Shown piece by piece: positions 26,657 through 42,598 of a stretch of DNA of 64,000 nt (position 1 is the stretch's first letter; each line of letters begins with the position of its first letter). The translations under genes were made by a program, and so were the position numbers. The DNA is taken from assembly GCF_009914755.1 (NCBI RefSeq), contig NC_060946.1. One strand, given 5' to 3'. The DNA comes from the human T2T-CHM13v2.0 reference genome, Homo sapiens. The notes beneath the pieces were generated by a model that searched no databases, was not told the origin of the DNA, and saw only the letters and a list, made by a program, of their open reading frames with translations.

Positions 26657-28721
26657 ACCCAGACCTAACTTTGTATTGTTGTCCCTGTGTGTCTTCTTTC
26701 TCCAACTACACCGTAAACTCATGGAATCTCATCTCTACTTCCAGTGCCAAACTTTCAATAAATGTTTCTCTTGAGAATGGCCACAGGCTTATCGATGATT
26801 AGAGAGCTTGTTAGAATTTGCAAAGCCCTATTTCATCTTCATAACAGCCCTGCAAAAGAAGAGCTATTACACTCCATTTACAAAAGAGAACACCACGTTT
26901 CTTAAGATGAAGTGGCACTCCTGAGGCCACACAGCCAGGCATTTGTGGGTTTGCTCCTTGGACTCAAGTTTCTCAATTCCAGGGGAGGATAGTTTAAAGA
27001 GCATAGTTCATAAAGGGAGGTACTTCAAACTGACTTGAATTTGATTCCCAGCTGGGGCTGTGTGAATGTAAACTGGTTATGTCATCTTTCTGCCTCAGTT
27101 TCCTCATGTGTAAAGTGGGAAGGACCACAATGCAGAAAATACATAGGGGATCCACATAATTTCAGGATAAGTGCTACAAAAACTAATTAAACAAGAGGAT
27201 GTGATGGAGGATGATAGCTGAGCTGGGATCTGAATAGCAAGATGAAAGAGTACTCCATGAAACTCGATGGAGTGTTCTGAGGATGACATGTAATAGTATA
27301 GTTCATGTACCTTACACAGGTCCTGGGACATAGTAAGGGCTCAATATACATTAACCACCATCATCAACATCAGCAGCAGCACCATCAATATCATCATCCT
27401 CTTTCAAATCCAGGGCGATGACACACAAGCCTCACAGACCATGTGTTCACAATCCTGTTGCAACTGCATGTGCCTGCGTGTGCCTGAGATCATCAGCACT
27501 GCAGTCCTCAATGAATGAGTCAGAAGACTAGATGTAAAGTCACGATTCTTAGGTGTCTTCTTAGTTCTTCTTTGCAGTGGGTACCAGGGCACAGGCCACT
27601 TTCAGTAGACAAGGCAATGCCTTCTGCAGGGCCCTCCTAACTCACTATGGAGGGGACATCACCCCCAGATGTCTGTGGCACAGGGCTGTCCCTTCTCTGG
27701 GTAGTGGCCCATTTTGGAAGCCATGAAATTCTGCCTGACTTGGTGCCATCAACCACTCTGTAGCAGTCTTCGTTCATGGGGTTCCTTATTCTTGGTCTCT
27801 GAAAATTTGACTTCATTCAGAGGGGCTGAATGGAGCCACTGAGAGGGTCTTGGGCTCCTCTGTGGTTGAAAATGGTGCAGGAGTCAGGTGTGGGGGAGTT
27901 TTTTTGTGGAGGCAAAGGGTGTAGCATATGGAAGTGTTTCTACTCTGAATGAGTCAGCAGTTCTCTGTTGTAGCCAAACCAAAACCACCTCCATACACGC
28001 TAGAGGCCTCAGAAAATGGAAAATTACAAGGAGAATGGACTTGGTTGGGAATTTTTGCTTCTTCTTATTCTTTTTTTATTTGCTCACAAATTTTATTTGC
28101 TGCAGCATAGAATTTTGGTAGCAACGAAAAGAAACATCATCCTGCCTCTTATGAAAAAACTGATAAATATTCATTTGCCAGGCCACATGATATGCCATGA
28201 ATTATACATGAACACGTGCTTGGGTGGGCAAACTATCAGTTTCTGTGTGCAAAGCAGTTAAGACCTCAGGATTTAATAAGACAAGGTTGACAGCTAGAAA
28301 AGGTCAATATTGTCATTAGACACTAGACGGCAGCAGAGGGGATTCATTGTCAGGGTGTAAAATGGGTCTTGGTGAATTCCCCTGTGGGTCTAACATGTGG
28401 GGTCTGAATGTTGGTGTTTCATGCCAAGACTGTTTCCCAATGAAGTACTCTCATTTGGTGGGTACCTGATGGATATATTGTGTTCCTGAAACAAAAATAG
28501 CATATGTCTTTTATCACAGATGCATAAACTCTCATTACAAAATATCAGACATACTATGAAAAGGTTACAGAACCATGAGCTAAGACAGTATTCAAAATAT
28601 AATTCCCACTCTGGGAATCATCCTCATTTCACAGCGTAGGCAGCTGAGGCCATGACCACCCAGCCAGGTAGTAGTAGAGCTGGGATTTGAACTCAGGCTC
28701 TCAGATTCCTGACATAGGGCT

Positions 28722-30555
28722 TAAAAAAAAATTATGGTAAAATACACATAGCATAAACTTTACTGCCATAACCATTTTTAAGTGTGTTGATCAGTGGTAT
28801 TAAGTACATTCATATTTTTGAGCAACAATAAGCACCATTCATCTCCATAACTTTTTCGTCTTGCAAAATTGAAAGTTGGTACCCATTAAACAATAATTCC
28901 CGATTCCTCCTTCCCTCAGGCTCTGGCCATCATCATTCCACTTTCTGTCTCTATAAATCTGACTATTCTAAGTCCATCATAGAAGTAGAATCATGCCACA
29001 TATGTCCTTTCATGACTGGTTAATTTCACTTTGCATAATGTCCTCAAGGTTCATTCATGTTGTGGCAGGTGTCAGAATTTCCTTCCTGAGGCTGAAAAAT
29101 ATTCCATTGTGGATGTATACCTTATTTTACCTGTCCATTCGACTGTCAGTGGATGTTTGGGTTGATTCCATGTTTCCTTTTCAACTTTTATTTTAAGTTC
29201 GGGGGTACACATGCAGGTTTGTTGTAACAAACTTGTGTCATGGGGGTTTGTTGTACAGATCATTTCATCACCCAGGTATTAAGCCTAGTACCCATTAGCC
29301 CATTAGTTATTTTTCCTGATTCTCTCCCTCCTCCCATCCTTCCCCTCCAACAGGCTCCAGTGTGTGTTGTTCCCCTCTATGTGTCCATTTGCTTTCATCA
29401 TTTAGCTCCCACTTATAAGTGAGAACATGTGGTATTTGGTTTTCTGTTCCTGCATTAGTTTGCTAAGGATAATGGCCTCCAGCTCCATTCATGTTTCTGC
29501 AAAGGACGTTATCTCATTCTTTTTTTTTTTTTTTTTTTTGAGATGGAGTCTTGCTTTGTTGCCCAGGCTAGAATGCGGTGGCACGATCTTGGCTCACCGC
29601 AAGCTCTGCCTCCCGGGTTCACACCATTCTTCTGCCACAGCCTCCTGAGTAGCTGGAACTTCAGGCGCCCGCCACCACGCCTGGCTAATTTTTTGTATTT
29701 TTAGTAGAGACGGGGTTTCACCATGTTAGCCAGGATGATCTCGATCTGACCTCGTGATCCGCCCACCTCGGCCTCCCAAAGTGCTGGCATTACAGGTGTG
29801 AGCCACTGCGCCCGGCCCTCATTCTTTTTTTGTGACTGCATAGTATTCCATAGTGTCTATGTACCACATTTTCTTTATCCAGTCTATCACTGATGGGCAT
29901 TTAGGGTGATTCTATGTCTTTACTATTGCAAATTGTGCTGCAATGAGCATACATGTGCATGTGTCTTTATAATAGAAGGATTTCTATTCCTTCAGCTATA
30001 TGCCCAGTAATGGGGTTGCTGGGTTGAATGTACAAATATCTCTTGAAGACCCTACTTTCTTTCTTTTTTTTTTTTTTGAACTCTTGTTTTAGGTTCAGGG
30101 GAGGTACACATGCATGTTTATTATCTAGGTAAATTTCATGTTACAAGGGTTTGGTGTACAGATAAGTTCATCACCCAGGTAATAAGCATGGTACGCAATA
30201 GGTAGTTTTTCAGTCCTCACCCTCCTCCCACTCTTTACCCTCCAGTAGGCCCTGGTGAGACCCTGCTTTCAGTTTTTTGGGGTATATACCCAGAAGTGGA
30301 ATAGCTGGATCATATGGTAATTCTATTTTAAATTTTTTGATGAGCTGCCATACAGTTTTTTATAGCAGCTGTACCATTTTGCATTTCCACCAATACTGCA
30401 CATGGATGGCAAGTTCTCCACATTCCTGCCAATGTGTTATTTCTTGTTTTGTTTTTTTGATAGTTGCCATGCTAATGGGTGTGAGATAGTGTCTCAATGT
30501 GGTTTTGATTTGCATTTTCCTCATGATTAGGGGTGTTGAGCATCTTTTCATGTTC
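28722..30555 (-). mobile_element. L1MB-type element interrupted by two L1PA 3' fragments (~29176-30030 and ~30060-30255) and an AluY
   Basis: Antisense L1 3'UTR consensus segments resume after each insert; TSD agaccctactttc / agaccctgctttc around 30060-30255. Confidence 0.8.
29520..29817 (-). mobile_element. AluY inserted in L1PA
   Basis: Diagnostics CAAGCTC...GTTCACACCATTC and GTTAGCCAGGATG; TSD ctcattctttttt. Confidence 0.93.
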
Positions 30556-31781
30556 ACACAGGAGTTGAATAGAAGCCCTCTGAGGGCAGGCAAAGTATTT
30601 AGTGCAGTTCGTTACAGGACATGCCATTCATGGATATTAACTTTAAATAATTATCATTAATTTCATCCAACTTTAACCAAGTGCCTGCTTTTCACCAGAT
30701 CCTGTGCTAGGCACCAGCAACTTCCATACAGAGCTGGCTTTGGGACACCCCAGGAGATGCCACTAAAACATTTGATGTTTCCAAGGGAGGTGAGAGTGGG
30801 GCACTCAGGGAAGACATTTCAGAAGTAGGTGATGCTTGAGATGAGGTTTGTGAAACACTCTGGAGGAACTGAGTAGGAGAAAGGTTACAGGACATTCTCA
30901 TGTTGGGTACAGGATTGCAAAGATCTGGAGTCATGGAGGTGCATAGATAGTTTCGTGGTGCTGGAGCATAAAAGATGCCAAGTGCCAAGTAAAGGGGCTG
31001 AGGAGTTTGACAGAAGCAAATTCTGGGTTCTTGTTAGCCAAGTTAGAGAGTCTGGGCTTTATCAGGTGTTCAGTGATGCTCCTCTGAAGGGTTTCAGCAG
31101 GGGCGTGGCATAGCAGACCTGATCTTTGTGACTTGGACTGGCTTCAGCAAAATTATGAAGGAAGCGAAGTCCATGCTGCCCATTCCATGGTCCTCTCTAG
31201 GAAGCAGTGTCCTCATGCTGACCTCTGGCTATTCCAGAGGCCCCTGTCTCCTCTAGACACCCAGGCACATACTGAAGCCTCCCAAATGACCCTGTCTTCT
31301 CCCTGTAATCATCTTCAGTTCCATTCCTGTCTCCCAGGCTACCTCCTCTGGTTAGATGATGCTTTAACCTACACCAAAGCCTACATAGAGTGAATACAAG
31401 GGTGGAATCTCAGGCAGGTCAGTGAAGGCACTCTTTCAGCTCACCTTGGCTACGTCCCAGATTCTGGTCCCTTCCATTTTTCTGCTGCTGAAGCAGGAGT
31501 TGCCAAGTCTATCTGATCGATGTGAGGAAACCCTTGGGCCTGCCCTCCTCCCCGCAAAGTGTCTACAGTGTTGATTGATTTTAGCCGGCAAAATCTCTGT
31601 CCCTGAGGACTTGATCTGAAGAACATAATTAAGGGCTGTCAATCCGTCTTCTCAAAGGCAGCCACTGTTATTCTGTCTCCCACCCTGGCAGACACTCCCA
31701 GTTTCCTGTGAATTCATCTTTATCTGCTGGGAAGAAACCCTTATGAGCCCATGGCCAGGGAGGGAGCTGTCTGCTCTCTAG

Positions 31782-32184
<403 letters not shown>

Positions 32185-35115
32185 TGGGTCTATTGTTTTA
32201 ATTATTTTACATGTTTTCCACTCAATTTTAATCAACCCAATGTAATTGGTGTGTGCATGTGCATTTGGTTTTTGGATAGTTTCTGCCTTTTTCCAGGCAT
32301 TTCGTTTATAGGCTTGAGCATAAATAGTTAAAAAACAGACACAGTTAGCACCCTTATGGAATGATTTGGCCACTTGTGTGAGAGGCTCAGTGGTTAAAGT
32401 ATGTGATTTAGAGTCAGATAGACTTGAGTTCAAATTGTGTCTTCTTCCATATCTCTCTCTATGAATCCACGCCCTTGATACTTGATAGCTGTATGACCAT
32501 AGGCAACATGTAGTATGACATAGCAAAGTGTCTGGTACATTATAGGAACTCAACATATGGAAGCCATTGGACCATGGTGTGGGCTTCATGGGGGCAGGTG
32601 CTATATGGACGGCAGCCAAATGGTTCACAGGATGAGTATCCTATTCCATAGACACAGATTCTTCATATCAAACTGTTCATTGAGGAGTGAGTTGGGGAAG
32701 CACTTTGCAGCTATGGCTCTTCATTATTTCTGGAGTCTCTCTGCCTGTCTGGCATATACAGCCAAATGTGAGATGTCAGCCCATATGCTTTTCGGGTACA
32801 CTCTTCTTGAACATTGGAGAGAAAGCTCTTTGCAAAATTCTAGGAAACAATGGAACTCTGTAAGTGGGGGCTGTGGGTTGGATGTGACTGAAATCAGTTA
32901 GACCCCAAAATCTGGGCTCAATTTGACACAGGCTATCGGAATTTTCCTACTTAAGGTGGAGAGATCTCAGGTTTGCCAAGAGCCATGTTTGCTGAGGTGT
33001 AATGTTGACTTACAGTGAAGACGATGACCCATCTATGCTCAATGCCTGGGATGCTTCACTGAATGAATCTTACTAGTTGTGAATTCGAAGTGGGATAGCT
33101 TAACAGGTTAAGGATACAGATTCTGGAGTCAGGCTTTCTGAGCACATACTGTGTCTAATCTGCTCACTGGCTGTGTGACATTTGACAAGTCACTCAGCCT
33201 TTCTTTGACTTAGTTTTATTATCTTAAAATGGCATAGTAATAGTTTCTAATACTGTTGATAGGAGGATTGAGCAATTTAACGTATTGACATGGTGACTTT
33301 CATATACACGGAGTAAATAATAAATGTAATCAATTATGATTTTGTTGTAAAAATAGTAATTTTACTATTTCTATGGATTTTAATGCCCCTTCTATACAAT
33401 GAAGGCTTTAATATTTGCCTTAAAAACCTCAAATAATTGTTAAGATAAAATATTTTTTGATTAATAGTAGTAGATATTTAATCAACTGATCATCTCTAAA
33501 CTACATTTGGATAGTTTTTGATTTTCTGACTATTATGAAAAAGGATGTTGTGAACATTTGCATATCAGTCTTTGCACAGAAACATGTTTCTACTTTTTTT
33601 GGGTGCATTCTTGGAGGAGAATTGCTAGTTTATATGGTAAATTTATGTGTAACTTTTAAATATAACTTTTAAAGAAACTGTCAAGTTATTTTTCAAAGTG
33701 GCTCTACCATTGTTCATCCTCACTGGCAATGTGTGAGGGTTTCATTTTCTATCCTTATCAATACTTGGAATTGTTTGCCTTTTTGATTCAAGCCATTCTG
33801 TTGTGTGCAAAGCGGCATCTCATTGTGGTTTTAATTTGCATTTTCCCTAATGATGTTGACTTTTTTTTTTGCATGTGCCTAGTAGCCATTTTATCTCTTT
33901 TTTTGTGAAACTCTATTTTTTTTGCCCATTTTAATTAGGCTGTTTATCTTATAGAGTTGTACTAGTTCTTTATTTGTTCTAGACATAATTATTTATCAGA
34001 TGTATCTTTGAAAATATTTTCTTCCAGCCTGTGGCTTGTCTTTTCATTTTCATAATGATGCACAGAGATTTTTATGAAGTTCAGTTTACTAATTTTTTAA
34101 GTGACTGGTGCTTTTTTCATATCTAAGAACGCTTTACCTACCCCTCGGTTACAGAGATATTCTCCCATTTTCCGCTACAAGATTTGTAGTTTTAGCTCCT
34201 CCGTGTAGACATTTGATCTATTGTGTGTTAATTTTGTGTATGGTGTAACATACATGCCTATATTCATCTTTCTGCATATGGATATTCAATTGTCCCAGTA
34301 CCATTTGTTGGAAAGACTATTATCATTTCTCCCAGCGAATTGTGTTGGAACCTTTGTCAAACATTTATTGGCCATAAATAAAGAGTTTATTTTCGTAATC
34401 TAAATTCATTCTATTGGTCTGACTGTACTAATTAGTAGCATCTCTTTCTTTCTGCCTCTTTATTCCTTGGTCAGTGTAAATAAACTTCATCAGTTTTGTC
34501 TTTTCAAAGGACAAACTTTTGATTTCACTGATTTTTTTCTCTGTTGTTTTTCTGTTTTCTTTGGTTCTATTGTCTTCTATTGATTTCCACTCTATGTTAC
34601 TTCCTTCCTTTCACTTGATTTGAGTTTTCTCTACTTTTCCTGGTTTCTTAAAAAGGAATCTTGCTCAAATTATTGGTTCAAAATCCTTCTCCTCTTCCAA
34701 TATACATGGTTAAAGCATACATTTTCCTCAAAGTACTACTTTGGCTGCATCACACAAAAATTTTCATTTAGTTCAAGATATTTTCTAATTCCTAGTGTGA
34801 TTTCTTCTTTGGCCCGTTGTTTATTAAGAAGTGTATTAATTTCTACATATTTGGAACTTTCTCACCTTTTTTCTTGTTGGTTTCTAATTTAATTCCATTT
34901 TAGTTTGAGAACATATGTTATATGATTTCAGTACTTTTAAATTTATTTTTGTTTGTTTTATTGAGACTTATTTTGTGGCCTAATATTATATATCTAGGAG
35001 AGTGTTCAAAGTGTGCTTATAAAAAACATGTATTCTGTGGTTGTTGAGTAGTCTATAGATGTTAGTTGGGGCAATTTGGTTGATAGTATTGTTCAAGTCT
35101 TATATATCATTGCTA

Positions 35116-35410
35116 TTTTTTTTTTTTTTGAGACAGGGCAGGCTCTTGCTCTGTTGCCCTGGCTGGAGTGCAGTGGCACGATTATGGCTCACTGCAGCCT
35201 TGACTTCCTGGGCTCAAGCGATCCTCCTATTTCAGCCCCCTGCGTTGCTCAGACTACAGGCATATGCCACCACACCTGGCTGATTTTGTTTTTTAGAGAT
35301 AGGGTCTTACTGTGTTGCCTAGTCTGGTCTCGACCTCCTGGGCTCCAGCAATCCTCTGGCCTCAGTGTCCCAAAGTCCTGGGATAACAGGCGTGAGCCAC
35401 TGTGCCTGGC
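35116..35410 (-). mobile_element. AluJ
   Basis: CACTGCAGCCTTGACTTCCTGGGCTCAAGCGATCCTCC (J diagnostics); ttgctat on both flanks. Confidence 0.92.
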
Positions 35411-36152
35411 ATGTTGCTATCGTTTATGTTTAATTGTTCTGTAAATTATTGAGAGTCAGGTATTACGCTCTCCAACTATTAATGTTAAATTTTCTATTTA
35501 TCCTGTCATTCTATGCATTTTTGCTTCACATGTTTTGGGGCTCTGTGGTTAGGTACAGACATATTTATAATGCCGTATCTTCTGGATGGATTAACCCTTT
35601 GTTGCTATAAAATGTCTCCCTTTGTTTCTAGTAATGATTTTTGTTTTCAATTTTAAACAAAATTTAAAACAAAATTTGTCTGATATTAGTATAGCCACTC
35701 CAGCTATCTTATGTTTAGTGTTTACATGATAGATCTTATTTCATTTTCCCCCTTCCAACCTATCTTTGTATCTAACTGCATCTCTTACAGATGGTATATA
35801 GTTGAATCTTTTTACAAAATCCAGATTGACAATCTCTGCCTTTTTATTAAGGTGTTCAATATATTGATCTGTAATGTGATTTACATTATAGCCATTTTGC
35901 TATTTTCTGTATGGGCTTCACGCCTTCTTTTAGTCCTCTCCTCCTTCACTTCCTTCTTTTGTGTAAACTAGGTATTTTCCAAGGGGCCATTTGAACACCC
36001 CTTCTAGTGATTGTTCTACGGATTACAATATGTATTGTAATTCAAGATGCTCCACTTCAGATTAATACTAACTTAATTCTGGGAAAATATAGAACCTTTG
36101 CTCCAATATAGCTCACGTCTTCCTCCTACCTTAGTGATACTACTGTAATACA

Positions 36153-36495
36153 CAGTCCACCCTCCATATGTATCTGTGGGTTCTATATCCATGAACTGAA
36201 CCAACAACTGACTGAAAATATTTGGAAAAAAAAGGATGGTTGTGTCTGAACTGAACATATACAGACTTATTTTCTTGTCACGGTTCCCTAAACAACACAA
36301 TATAATAACTATCTGTATGGCATTTTACATTCTATTAGGTATTATAAGTAATCTAGAGATAAAGTATACAGAAGGATATGAGTAGGTTATTTGTAAATAC
36401 TGTGCCATTTTATATAAAGGACTCATGCATCTGCAGATTTTTGTATCCTTTGGCGGTCCTGGAACCAATTCTCCATGGATACTGAGGGATAACTG
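36153..36495. mobile_element. MER2 (TcMar-Tigger MITE)
   Basis: CAGTCCACCCTCC...GTATCTGTGGG start; GGTATTATAAGTAATCTAGAGAT core; GGATACTGAGGGATAACTG end. Confidence 0.85.
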
Positions 36496-39400
36496 CAGAT
36501 CACATCTATATATGTTAAAAAATCAACAATAAAGCTTTATGATTTTCTTTTATTTAATCTTATGTCTTTTAGGTAAGTTAAGGGAAGCAAAGGAAAAAAA
36601 TGAAGATTTTTACATTTTCCTATGTGTTTTTGTTTTCCCATGCTCTTTAGTCCTTAAGTATTTGAATTACGTGTGATATGATACCTTGCATCCTGAAGGA
36701 CTTCCTTTAATGTAAGTGAAACAGTAAGGCAGGTCTCATAGCAATAAGTTTTCTCAGCCTTTGTTTACCTGAGAAGGTCCTTACTTCACCTTCATTTTTG
36801 AAGAATAATTTTGCCAGATACGGAATTCCTGATTGACATGTTTGTTTTTTCCTTTCAGCACTTCTAACATGTAATCTCACTGCATTCTGGACTTCATTGT
36901 CTCTGAAGATAAGTCAGCCACTAATTGTTTTGATGCTTCCCTTTACACAATAAGTTATTCCTCTCTTTCTGCTTTCAAGATTTTCAATAGTTTATAATAA
37001 ATCTTGGGGTGGCTTCTTTGTGTTTATTCTATTTGGAATTCAATGACCCGCTAGGATGCATAGACTTTTTTTTTGGGGGGGGGGTGTCAAATTTGGGAAG
37101 TTTCTAGCCATCATTTTTCATACTTTTTAAAATCTTTGTCTTTCTCCTCTTCTTCTGAGACTCCTGTTGTGCATATATTGGCACGCTTGATTTGCCATAC
37201 ATATCTCTGAGGCTCTATTTATTTTTCCTCCTTCCTATTTCTCTCCGTTCTTCAAATTGGATAGTTTCTATTGATCTATTTTCAAGTTTGCTGACTCTTT
37301 CATTTGACATCTCAGATCTGTTGTTGAGTCCCTTTGGTGAATTTATCATTTCAGTTAATTTACTTTTCAAATGAAGAAGTTCCATTTGGATCTTTTAAAA
37401 ATAATTTCTATCTTGTTATTGACATTTTTTATTTAAGGAGTCATTATTATTACACTGTCCTTTAATTCATTAAGCATTGTTTCTTTTAGTTCTTTGAACA
37501 TACTTATAATAGCTGTTTTGAAGTGTTTGGCTGTTAAGTCCAAATTCTGAACCCACAAAGATACTTTCTACTGTTTCCCCTCACCCTTAGTTTGGATCAT
37601 AATTTTACGTTTATTGCACATCCTGTCATTTTTGCTGAAGACTGGACATCTTAGATGATACATTATAGCAAGTCTTCATTCTGATCTTTTCTTAATCATT
37701 TAGTATTATAACTTGTTTTGACTAAAATTACAGGATCTGTCTCCTCATGGTGTGCCCAATTTTTAAAAATTTGTGTTTTTATTTTAAATCTGACTTCCCA
37801 GGAGTTGCGCCTATGTCTGCATAGCTTAGAGTCAGCAGAGGTTGTTATCAAACATCTTGAATATTTGAGGCTTTTCCATTTTCCTGTTGGATCTGTGTGG
37901 GGGTTGGGAAATGTACTCAGCATTCAGGCAGTTCCCAGTTATGCTTCAACCTCTACGTTCTGTTTGGCCCTTTCACATAGTTTCTGCCTGTACACATGGC
38001 TTCATGTTCAAATAAATAGGGATATGTAGATAGTCAGGGCCTTTTCCAGTCTCTCTTATTCTTGTGTTTAGCCTGGAGCCAGGAATATGTGGGAACTTAT
38101 CAAGCCCACTGTGGCTGTCCTATTTCCTGTGTCTCCTGTTAAATTTCTGGCATGTTTAAGGTCCAGTGCTTGCCTCAATCAGGACAACAACCTTAGGCTT
38201 AGCTGTGCCATTGGCCTTCCTCATTTGTTTCCTGCCAAAATTGCTACTGTTTCTGACAATGCTCCCAGGTGTGGGTTTTTTCCATGCTTTGCTCCATATA
38301 GGTGAGCCCCTTCTGGAAGCAAAGCTGTTGTTTTTCACAGCTGCCTCACCCTGGAAGAACTACTGCAGAGAGAGAGAGACAGAGCTGGGGTGGGTGGTGA
38401 GTGGGAGAACCTGTAATCAATATTGCCACAAACTCTCACTGTTTCTACCTGAGATCCAATAGGTTTTCTTGAATAAATGCTTCTCATTTTGTTGTATCCC
38501 ATTGTCCAATTTCCAGAGTATTGAACCTGTGGTTGTTGGAAATTTTATCCATATTTATCTTGTTTTGGGGGGAGGGGAGAGGATTTATTAAGCTCCTTCC
38601 TCCACCATTCTGGAAATATCTCCCTTATATGCTACTTATATGACCTTATTAAATCTCCACTACATCCTTGTGGGACAGGCGTGATTACACCATGTTGTAG
38701 AAAGCAAACTGAAGACCAGAGAGGAGGAGAGGCTTGCTCAGGGTCACACAGCTAGTGAGTGGTGGAACTGATCCCAGCGTTGGAGGGTGGAGAAAAGATC
38801 AGGAGCTGATTCCTTGGGTTCAAACCCCCTACCATCACTTCCTAAACACATGAGCTTTGCCAAGTCATTTAATTGCACTGGGCCTCACTTTCTTCCTCTG
38901 TAAAATGGGCATGAATTAGTACCTGCTGCAGAAAGTTGGAAACAAAACAAGTTATGTGTAAAGCAGTTGGAGCAGGGCTCAGACTCAAAAACAGACTGAA
39001 AACTGTGTTTTCTTGGAGCAAAATGGCCACATTTGACTCACGAAAAAGCAGCATTTTATGCTGCAAAGGATAAGTTTCAATTACCTGGGCAATTCCAGTA
39101 CATGGAAGAGGTGATTCCATAAAGACACAGGACAAGGAGGAATTTCTTAACAGTCACTTGGATCCTTGCTGTGTCTTTTTCCACCAACTGGTTGTTGGAC
39201 AATGATTATGTTATGTTGAACTAAATGAAGTGATTGATATTTGACCTAAACCAATGACAGTTTCGTATGGTTCAATCTAATTGTAACGTTAAATGGGGAT
39301 AAAAATAACAGCATTTAAGTGCAAAGTAATTTATAAAGTCCTTTTCATATAGTTTCAATTAATTCTCTGAATTGCTGTATGGTCCAGGCAGGGAATATTC

Positions 39401-40769
39401 TCACCACTTTGCAGGTGGGGAAGAGGGTCAGTTGTATAATTTAATACCTGCACTTACCCACTCATGCCACTGTTTGAATCCAAGCTTTGTTGTATGTAAA
39501 ATGAGATCAACAGAACAGAATATCTGTGTTAGGGCTAATGTTCTCAGCTACATAGACATCTAAAGAGTTCTCAGAAAGCAAAGAGCTGGAAAAGGAGTCT
39601 CAGTTATGGTGGGTTGAGCATGTGCTTTGGCAGGGTTTGAAGTGTATCTGAGAAATGGGGGCCTTCATTCATGTTTTGCAGCACTGTTCCAAGGTTTTGA
39701 CCAAAACAGAGGTGACTATAAGGATGAAATAACTCCTAACATTTATTGAGTGCTTACTATATGCCAGGTGCTATGTAGCCCTGCACAAGCACAGCCTCAG
39801 AATTTTCTGAAACAGGTGCCGTTATTGTCCCCATCTTTCTGAATGGAGTCTGAGGCTCGGAGTAAAGCACTTCCCCAAGGCCACACAGTTTATGGAGTGA
39901 TAAAACCAAGATCTGAACCCAGATGGATCTAACTCTGGATCATGATTTTTTTTCCCCCAAAACATCTGCCATAGACTTTACCTCCAAGGTACACTTAGAA
40001 AAATTTCATTGGTCATATATTTCCTTTTAAAAATTCATCCATCTTATCTTCAGTCAATTTTTTATTGTTTTTTTTTCTTCTTATGTAGAGAAAAAAGGCA
40101 TTATATTTTGGATATATTGGTTTTATTCATTTCTACCACCTACAGCTCCCTTGGAACATGTTTGGCTAAAATGTGATAAGTGAAACCACCGACATTTTGG
40201 AAGAGTGTCATGGAATGTTCTTCCAGGAGGTTGGAAGATGGAGCTTCCTTCCTGATTGCAGTCTGGGACTAGACTATTAATAAGGATTTTTTTTTTGATA
40301 TCTTAGGAAGTTTTCTGTGATGTCTTTGACCCATGGAATTGAAACTCATTTACTAAATTACTCCAGCCTCATAATACCTTTTGCTTCCTGAGCATTGCAA
40401 TTACTTTTCTGACAGTTTATTCTTAAAATAGACTTTCTGATTTTCAGTGAGTGAAAGACCAATGAGGGGGTAGTATGAGGGTGGGTGGGAGGGGAATTGG
40501 CAGTCACTAAGCAACCAGGCACAACCTGGGTTTATCTGAGAGTCCAAATCTCTGGCTGATTGTTTCAAAGCCTGCACCACTATTTGACAAGGGGAAGATT
40601 CCATTAAATGGCGATTAGTCCATGCTGTATCCAGAAATCTCTTTGAGTAAAATTGTTTCTCCTGCATGGGGCTGCTTTTCCTCCCTATGGAATCTCTCTG
40701 GTTTGGGTGTTTATTCATTCAGTCATCATATCTATTGGGCTCCTACTGTGTGTATAGAACAGTACTATA

Positions 40770-41020
40770 GGCTGGGCACAGTGGCTCACACCTGTAATCC
40801 CAGCACTATGGGAGGCTGAAGCAGGTGGATCATGAGGTCAAGAGATGGAGACCATCCTGGCTAACATGGTGAAACCTCGTCTCTATGAAAAATACAAAAA
40901 TTAGCCGGGCGTGGTGGCACATGCCTGTAGTCCCAGCTACTTGGGAGGCTGGGGCAGGACAATCCCAGCCTGGTGACAGAGCGAGACTCCGTCTCAAAAA
41001 AAAAAAAAAAAAAAAAAAAA
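40770..41020 (+). mobile_element. AluSc with a ~53-bp internal deletion in the right arm
   Basis: GGCAGGACAATC joins CCAGCCTGG; TSD agaacagtactata / agaatagtactata. Confidence 0.92.
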
Positions 41021-41309
41021 GAATAGTACTATAGTGCGTACAGAAAACACAGGCTCCTCTGCCATAATGTAGATCAGGCAGGTGAGGTTATTGACCATGT
41101 CATTTATTTAGCAAATATTTGTGGGAGTGAGGCAGTCACCAGCAAGAGCAATGAGAGAAGCATAGAGCGGGGAGGCTATCACAGGAGGACTTAGTGAATT
41201 ACTAGGCACGCAGTACTGTTCAAGACATAGCTGTGGCCAGAAAGAACTTAATGGGAATCTGTCTCTGCCCTGTGTGCAAACTTGTAATCTTGAAAAAAAG
41301 CCCCTTCAT

Positions 41310-42265
<956 letters not shown>

Positions 42266-42532
42266 TATTTCATTTCGTATCTTTGGTTTTCTGCTCTGTA
42301 AAATAGGAGGATGAAACAAATTGGTGTGTGTATGAAGGCAGAGTGGATGGCACACAGTAGGTGCTCAGCACCTGCACCTTCCTGTGTGAGGTGGGGCTCT
42401 GTTAGCCAAAGCTCACAGACATGTGGGGTCATCCTCCGTCCTGGCGCATCAGCCATCGAGCCAGCTTGACTTTCCCCTTTAGGATCCTCCTACCTTCTAT
42501 GCTGTCTAACTTCTCTCTAATTTTTTCCCCAG

Positions 42533-42598
42533 GCCGTGGAGGAGCTCCTGGAGACCCTGGATCTGGAAAAGAAGGCGGTGGCTGTGGGGCACAGCCAA
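42533..42598 (+). CDS. MYO18B: MYO18B coding exon (converter; AVEELLETLDLEKKAVAVGHSQ)
   Basis: Branch-like ctaac/ctaat, acceptor ttttttccccag|GCC, donor CAA|gtgagt; 66 nt, phase 0 to 0; GHSQ-VF matches myosin GxTKVF. Confidence 0.94.

Larger units (their letters stand above)
33500..38620 (-). mobile_element. Old L1M fragments (antisense, T-rich), interrupted by AluJ and MER2
   Basis: CATTGTGGTTTTAATTTGCATTT, TCCCAGTACCATTTGTTG, CTCCAACTATTAATG and other antisense L1 ORF2 signatures; boundaries approximate. Confidence 0.75.
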
